The notes under the pieces: generated by a model | Database searches by the model: none | Told to the model about the DNA's origin: nothing | The model's input: only the letters and a program-made list of their open reading frames with translations | Source: Bacteroidia bacterium | Lineage (GTDB): Bacteria; Bacteroidota; Bacteroidia; M30B66 | DNA: 64,000 nt | Reading direction: 5' to 3' | NCBI GenBank assembly: GCA_019695235.1 | Contig: JAIBAI010000007.1 | Coordinates: forward strand, 7,480-71,479 | Program-made: the position numbers and the translations under genes | In this document: in pieces, positions 59,810 to 64,000 of the stretch | Position numbering within the stretch: the stretch's first letter is position 1 | How the letters are laid out: the number at the start of each line of letters is the position of its first letter

Positions 59810-59843
59810 GCATGGCTTTTGAAGTAGTAAATTTCGGTTAATT

Positions 59844-60596
59844 TTGCATGATTCAATGAAGAACCAGCTGATTTCAATTTTGCTTTGCCTGTTTTTTATA
59901 CCAGCCAATGCACAGGAAAGCCTGAACCAGACAGATAAAACAGGCAAAAAACAAGGTGTCTGGAAGAAACATTATGAAAATGGGCAGCTGCGGTACGAAG
60001 GGCGGTTTTTAGATGACGCACCGACCGGAACTTTTCGTTATTATCAGGAAACCGGAGAATTAAAAATGGTTTCGGTGTATAGCAACAAAGGGCATTTGGC
60101 ACGAACTACCGGTTTTGACAAAAAAGGCAATTTGATTTCTTCCGGAAATTATATTGATCAAAAGAAAGATAGTACCTGGGTTTATTTTGACCAGAAGAAA
60201 AATAAAATTGCACAAGAACAATACAACAAAGGAGTACGCATTGGTGTTTGGTTGTCATATTATCCCGGAGGGCAGGTTTCAGAAGAAATGCCTTATGAAA
60301 ATAACCAGCGGCATGGCACGGGAAAACAGTATTTTGAAAATGGGAAACTCATGCTTAGCGCGGTTTACGTTAATGACAAACTTGAAGGAAATATGAGAAT
60401 TTATTACCCCAACGGTGAGGTGAAGCAGTCGGGTTTTTATAAAAATGATGTAAGAGAAGGGCTGTGGCACTCTTTTCATGAAAATGGTGCTTTGAAAGAG
60501 TCGGTTAAGTACAAAAATGGTCTTTCAGATAAAAAAGACGAGATAAAGTTAAAGCCACTGAATAAACCTGAAAGCGAGATTTTACCTGAACAATGA
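59844..60596 (+). CDS. secreted MORN/YwqK-type repeat protein
   Basis: It has a signal peptide and about 7 tandem ~23-aa repeats of pattern G-x-W-x-x-Y-Y-x-N-G-x-L (e.g. GVWKKHYENGQLRYEGRF, GVWLSYYPGGQVSEEMPY). Confidence 0.65.
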   Translation: MHDSMKNQLISILLCLFFIPANAQESLNQTDKTGKKQGVWKKHYENGQLRYEGRFLDDAPTGTFRYYQETGELKMVSVYSNKGHLARTTGFDKKGNLISSGNYIDQKKDSTWVYFDQKKNKIAQEQYNKGVRIGVWLSYYPGGQVSEEMPYENNQRHGTGKQYFENGKLMLSAVYVNDKLEGNMRIYYPNGEVKQSGFYKNDVREGLWHSFHENGALKESVKYKNGLSDKKDEIKLKPLNKPESEILPEQ

Positions 60597-61684
60597 GCAA
60601 GAACGGACGAGTATTGGTAGCCATGAGTGGTGGTGTAGACAGCTCAGTAGCTGCAATGATGCTGCATGAGCAGGGCTATGAGGTAATTGGCATTACCATG
60701 AAAACCTGGGATTATGCTGCCTCCGGAGGGTCGAAAAAAGAAACCGGATGTTGTAGTCTTGATTCTATTAACGATGCGCGTTCATTGGCTGTACGCTTTG
60801 GTTTTCCACATTATATACTAGATATACGTGGTGAATTCAAGGGGGCAATCATTGACAACTTTGTAGATGAATACATGGCTGGTCGCACGCCGAATCCTTG
60901 TGTACTTTGTAATACCCACATCAAGTGGGAAGCCTTGCTCAAACGGGCAAATATGCTTGATTGTGAATTTATTGCAACAGGCCATTATGCCCAGTCGCGT
61001 TTTGAAAACGGTCGTTATATTGTATCGAAGGGGCTTGACCAAAACAAAGACCAATCGTACGTTTTATGGGGCCTGACACAAGACAGCCTGTCCAGAACCC
61101 GGTTTCCCTTGGGTGGTTTCCGGAAATCAGAAATAAGAGACATGGCAGCCAATAGTGGCTTTGTTGATTTGGCTAACAAGAGTGAGAGTTACGAAATCTG
61201 CTTCATCCCGGGTAATGATTACCGTGAATTTTTAAAGCACCGGGTGGATGGCTTGGAAGAGCGTCTTGCCGGAGGGGTATTTGTTGACCGGAAAGGCAAT
61301 GTTTTAGGCAAGCACCAGGGGTATCCGTTTTATACAATCGGCCAAAGGAAAGGCTTGGATTTGGCTGTGGGTACGCCGATGTACGTACTTGAAATTCAGC
61401 CTGAAACCAATACCGTTGTGTTGGGTGAGAAGGAAGATTTAGTACGGCGTACAATGGGTGTACGTGGGGTAAATCTGGTGAAACTTGCAGCTATTGAAGA
61501 TGAAGTGCAGGCAATAACAAAAATCAGGTACAAGCATGAAGGCAGCAAGAGCCTGATCCGTACGGTCGAAAACGGTGATTTGGAGGTAGATTTTCTGGAA
61601 GAAGTTTCTGGTGTGGCACCCGGTCAATCGGCAGTTTTCTATGACGGAAATGATGTTATTGGCGGTGGTTTTATTAAAAAATAA
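60593..61684 (+). CDS. mnmA: tRNA 2-thiouridine(34) synthase
   Basis: The PP-loop is VLVAMSGGVDSSV. Catalytic Cys residues are present. There is a 4-nt overlap with the upstream gene. Confidence 0.9.
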   Translation: MSKNGRVLVAMSGGVDSSVAAMMLHEQGYEVIGITMKTWDYAASGGSKKETGCCSLDSINDARSLAVRFGFPHYILDIRGEFKGAIIDNFVDEYMAGRTPNPCVLCNTHIKWEALLKRANMLDCEFIATGHYAQSRFENGRYIVSKGLDQNKDQSYVLWGLTQDSLSRTRFPLGGFRKSEIRDMAANSGFVDLANKSESYEICFIPGNDYREFLKHRVDGLEERLAGGVFVDRKGNVLGKHQGYPFYTIGQRKGLDLAVGTPMYVLEIQPETNTVVLGEKEDLVRRTMGVRGVNLVKLAAIEDEVQAITKIRYKHEGSKSLIRTVENGDLEVDFLEEVSGVAPGQSAVFYDGNDVIGGGFIKK

Positions 61685-61693
61685 ATGTAATCA

Positions 61694-62368
61694 ATGCGTA
61701 AACTTTTAACCCTTATTCCGGCTGTTCTGCTCTTTTTGGGAGCTTGTAAAAAAGACACAGTTATCCCGCCAGACCCTTATTTTAGGAATTATTTTCCGGC
61801 AAGTGTAGGTTCTTACATTGTTTATGATTGTGATTCAATTGTATATAATGACTTTACAGGGGGGATAGATACATTCAGGTTTGAAATTCGTGAATTGTAT
61901 GAATCGGCTTTTACAGATAATGCCGGAAGGCCGGCCATACGGCTTGAACGCTGGAAAAGGCCACAGGGGGCTGACTGGTTCTTAAAAGATGTGTGGTCGT
62001 TGGTTAAAGCAGATCTTCAAATAGAAAAAGTTGAAGAGGATGTAAGGCTTATTCCGCTGATGTTTCCAGTGAAAAAAGGGAAGACCTGGAACATGAATGC
62101 TTTAAATGCTGCTGGCAAAAGAGAGGTGGAAATCATTGATGCCCATGAAGGATTTGATACAGGGTTTATGCAATTTGATTCAACCCTGACGGTGCAGAAT
62201 ACCGACCCGGTTAACCTTGTTTCGGAATTCAGAAATACAGAAGTTTTTGCGGCAAATACCGGTTTAGTATACAAACAATTCAAAGATGTACGTTATATCA
62301 TCCCAACGCTACAAATTAAAAGTGGGGTGATTTATACCATGCGCGCAAAAGAAATTCATATCGAGTGA
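61694..62368 (+). CDS. hypothetical lipoprotein
   Basis: The signal is MRKLLTLIPAVLLFLGAC (lipobox LGAC). Confidence 0.6.
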   Translation: MRKLLTLIPAVLLFLGACKKDTVIPPDPYFRNYFPASVGSYIVYDCDSIVYNDFTGGIDTFRFEIRELYESAFTDNAGRPAIRLERWKRPQGADWFLKDVWSLVKADLQIEKVEEDVRLIPLMFPVKKGKTWNMNALNAAGKREVEIIDAHEGFDTGFMQFDSTLTVQNTDPVNLVSEFRNTEVFAANTGLVYKQFKDVRYIIPTLQIKSGVIYTMRAKEIHIE

Positions 62369-64000
62369 AACGTTTTAGCCAAAAGTTAGTTTTGCTGGCA
62401 GCCTGTATCTGCGCAGCCGCAGGAAATATTACAGCCCAGGAGGTTCCGCAGAGGGTGCATGTGAAATTCAGGGTACTCTTCAAAGATAAGATCGGAACAC
62501 CCTACCGTATTGACAAACCAGAGGCGTTTTTGTCGGAAAAAGCAATTATGCGCCGGATGAAACAACAAATACCAATTGTTGAAAATGACCTTCCGGTGAA
62601 TCCTGAATACGTAGCAGCCATTGCCTCAATGGGAATAAAAGTTCTAAACAGGTCGAAATGGATGAATGCTGTGACGATTGAATTGGCTGATTCTCAGATA
62701 ATTACAAAGGTTGAGGCGCTAAGCTTTGTACATTCAACAAAGAAGATTGCCCGTACAAAGCCTAAAGAAAAGAAAGACGACTTGATGGAGGCCTTTGTGC
62801 GTTTATTTGAGGAAGGACAAACAGTGCAGAAGCCTAAAAAGGCCACAGGTTCGTATTATGGAAGTGGGGCAAAGCAGGTACAGATGTTGAATGGCAATGC
62901 CTTACATCAACAAGGGTTCAATGGGCGCGGAATCACTATTGCGGTGCTGGATGCAGGATTTAGCAAAGTGAACGAAAACAGGTTTTTTGACAGCCTACGT
63001 GTATCGGGGCGCTTGTTGGGTACCCGAGATTTTGTGGAAGGCGGGGAATCGGTATTTGAAGATAATTCACACGGTGCCTCCGTGTTATCAGTGATGGCGG
63101 CGAACATTCCAGATGAGTTCGTAGGGAGTGCCGCCTATGCAAATTACTGGTTATTGCGTACAGAAGATGCTGATTCAGAATACCTGATTGAGGAAGACAA
63201 CTGGGTTACCGGAGCCGAGTTTGCGGATAGTGTTGGGGCAGATATCATTAACTCCTCCCTGGGGTATACACGGTATGACGATCCCGGTACGAGCTACACG
63301 CAGCAACAACTCAACGGTAAAACAGCCTGGATAACCAGGGCTGGTGATATTGCTGCTTCTAAAGGAATATTGGTTGTAAACAGCGCCGGCAATTCAGGAG
63401 CAGACAGTTGGAAATACATGGGAGTACCCGCCGATGGTGATAGCGTTATGGCTATAGGGGCGGTAGGAAGCGCGAGAGAATATGCTCCATTCAGCTCACA
63501 GGGGCCAACAGCCGACGGACGAATTAAACCTAACGTTACCGCAATGGGCATGGGAATTCCTGCTATAAGTCCTTCTGGAAACATTGCCCCATACAATGGT
63601 ACTTCTTTTTCTTCTCCATTAATGGCAGGCATGGCTGCCTGTTTGTGGCAAGCTTGTCCGCAAGCCAGTGCCATGCAGGTGTTCAAGGCGATAGAGCAAA
63701 GTGCCAGCCAATATGATTCGCCGGATGCTTTGAAAGGTTTTGGTATCCCTGATTTTTCAAAAGCACAGCAGTTGTTGACAGCAAACCTGGCCGACAAAAG
63801 TAAAGGCGACAGTATCGTACACCTGTATTACAACCCGTTCATTAAGGGGCTTGTACTTGAATATTACAGCAATGCAACTCAGAAAGTCGCGCTGGAAGTT
63901 AAGAATACCAATGGCAAGCGGGTGCTTCGCAAATCATTTGAAGTATTTGCGCACCAGAACAGTATAATACGGTTGCCTAAACTTCGCAAACTAAAAAGCG
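62365..64000 (+). CDS. S8 family (subtilisin-like) serine peptidase, probable T9SS cargo; the 3' end lies outside the window
   Basis: The ORF is absent from the track because it has no in-window stop. Frame 1 is open from GTG 62365, giving the signal peptide VKRFSQKLVLLAACICAAAGNITAQ. The catalytic triad motifs are GITIAVLDAGF (Asp), HGASVLSVMAAN (His) and GTSFSSPLMAGMAA (Ser). The terminal sequence looks like the start of a Por CTD. Confidence 0.8.
   Translation, partial: MKRFSQKLVLLAACICAAAGNITAQEVPQRVHVKFRVLFKDKIGTPYRIDKPEAFLSEKAIMRRMKQQIPIVENDLPVNPEYVAAIASMGIKVLNRSKWMNAVTIELADSQIITKVEALSFVHSTKKIARTKPKEKKDDLMEAFVRLFEEGQTVQKPKKATGSYYGSGAKQVQMLNGNALHQQGFNGRGITIAVLDAGFSKVNENRFFDSLRVSGRLLGTRDFVEGGESVFEDNSHGASVLSVMAANIPDEFVGSAAYANYWLLRTEDADSEYLIEEDNWVTGAEFADSVGADIINSSLGYTRYDDPGTSYTQQQLNGKTAWITRAGDIAASKGILVVNSAGNSGADSWKYMGVPADGDSVMAIGAVGSAREYAPFSSQGPTADGRIKPNVTAMGMGIPAISPSGNIAPYNGTSFSSPLMAGMAACLWQACPQASAMQVFKAIEQSASQYDSPDALKGFGIPDFSKAQQLLTANLADKSKGDSIVHLYYNPFIKGLVLEYYSNATQKVALEVKNTNGKRVLRKSFEVFAHQNSIIRLPKLRKLKS

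Noticed and set aside
63294-63797. A 167-aa minus-strand ORF rich in Ala, Cys and Leu
   Set aside because: It is antisense to the S8 protease catalytic core (the His and Ser motifs are on the plus strand), so it is a shadow ORF.
1-64000. tRNA, rRNA, tmRNA or riboswitch genes in intergenic regions
   Set aside because: The intergenic regions are short (mostly under 250 nt). None showed a cloverleaf-like arrangement or conserved riboswitch cores on inspection. I cannot exclude small ncRNAs without covariance-model searches.

Overview
The window is chromosomal DNA from a Bacteroidota-type genome (Sphingobacteriia/Chitinophagia-like), about 90% coding. The phylum call rests on three proteins with T9SS/Por C-terminal sorting domains, TAnnTTTG-type -7 promoter elements, and Bacteroidota-typical gene families such as an IPExxxVDY protein and a ~630 aa PurF. 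ORF-track starts that use TTG or GTG were moved to a downstream ATG where a signal peptide or conserved N-terminus supports it. I found no rRNA, tRNA, CRISPR, transposase, integrase or phage genes.

Most of the content is housekeeping:
- valS, mqnD, long-form purF, smpB, rnhA, purN and mnmA
- the acpP-fabF-rnc-IPExxxVDY-pyk run
- rny, zapA and an upstream coiled-coil gene
- NDH-2

The accessory or noteworthy parts are:
- a four-gene CDP-sugar cassette at 7425-10702 with a convergent GT2
- a reductive pyrimidine-catabolism cluster at 11984-15642 that has a PreT-like subunit but no PreA
- a cbb3 oxidase operon at 27914-32088 with separate CcoN, a CcoO-cytochrome c fusion, three small ORFs and an Fe-S Rrf2 regulator with a palindrome upstream
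- an alpha-oxoamine synthase next to a GT-C-like membrane protein, and a Q-box fatty-acid desaturase
- a Wzx/Wzy-type polysaccharide locus at 46267-55698 containing a truncated DUF4143 ATPase remnant flanked by a terminator and twin 24-bp palindromes
- a 14-bp x7 tandem repeat at 22109-22204 in a promoter region
- three T9SS cargo proteins: an M43 metalloprotease, a DNRLRE-like protein, and an S8 protease that runs off the 3' end

I see no compact novel defence or mobile system. The most unusual signals are the regulatory DNA (tandem repeat, palindromes), the gene remnant inside the polysaccharide locus, and the atypical operon architectures noted above.
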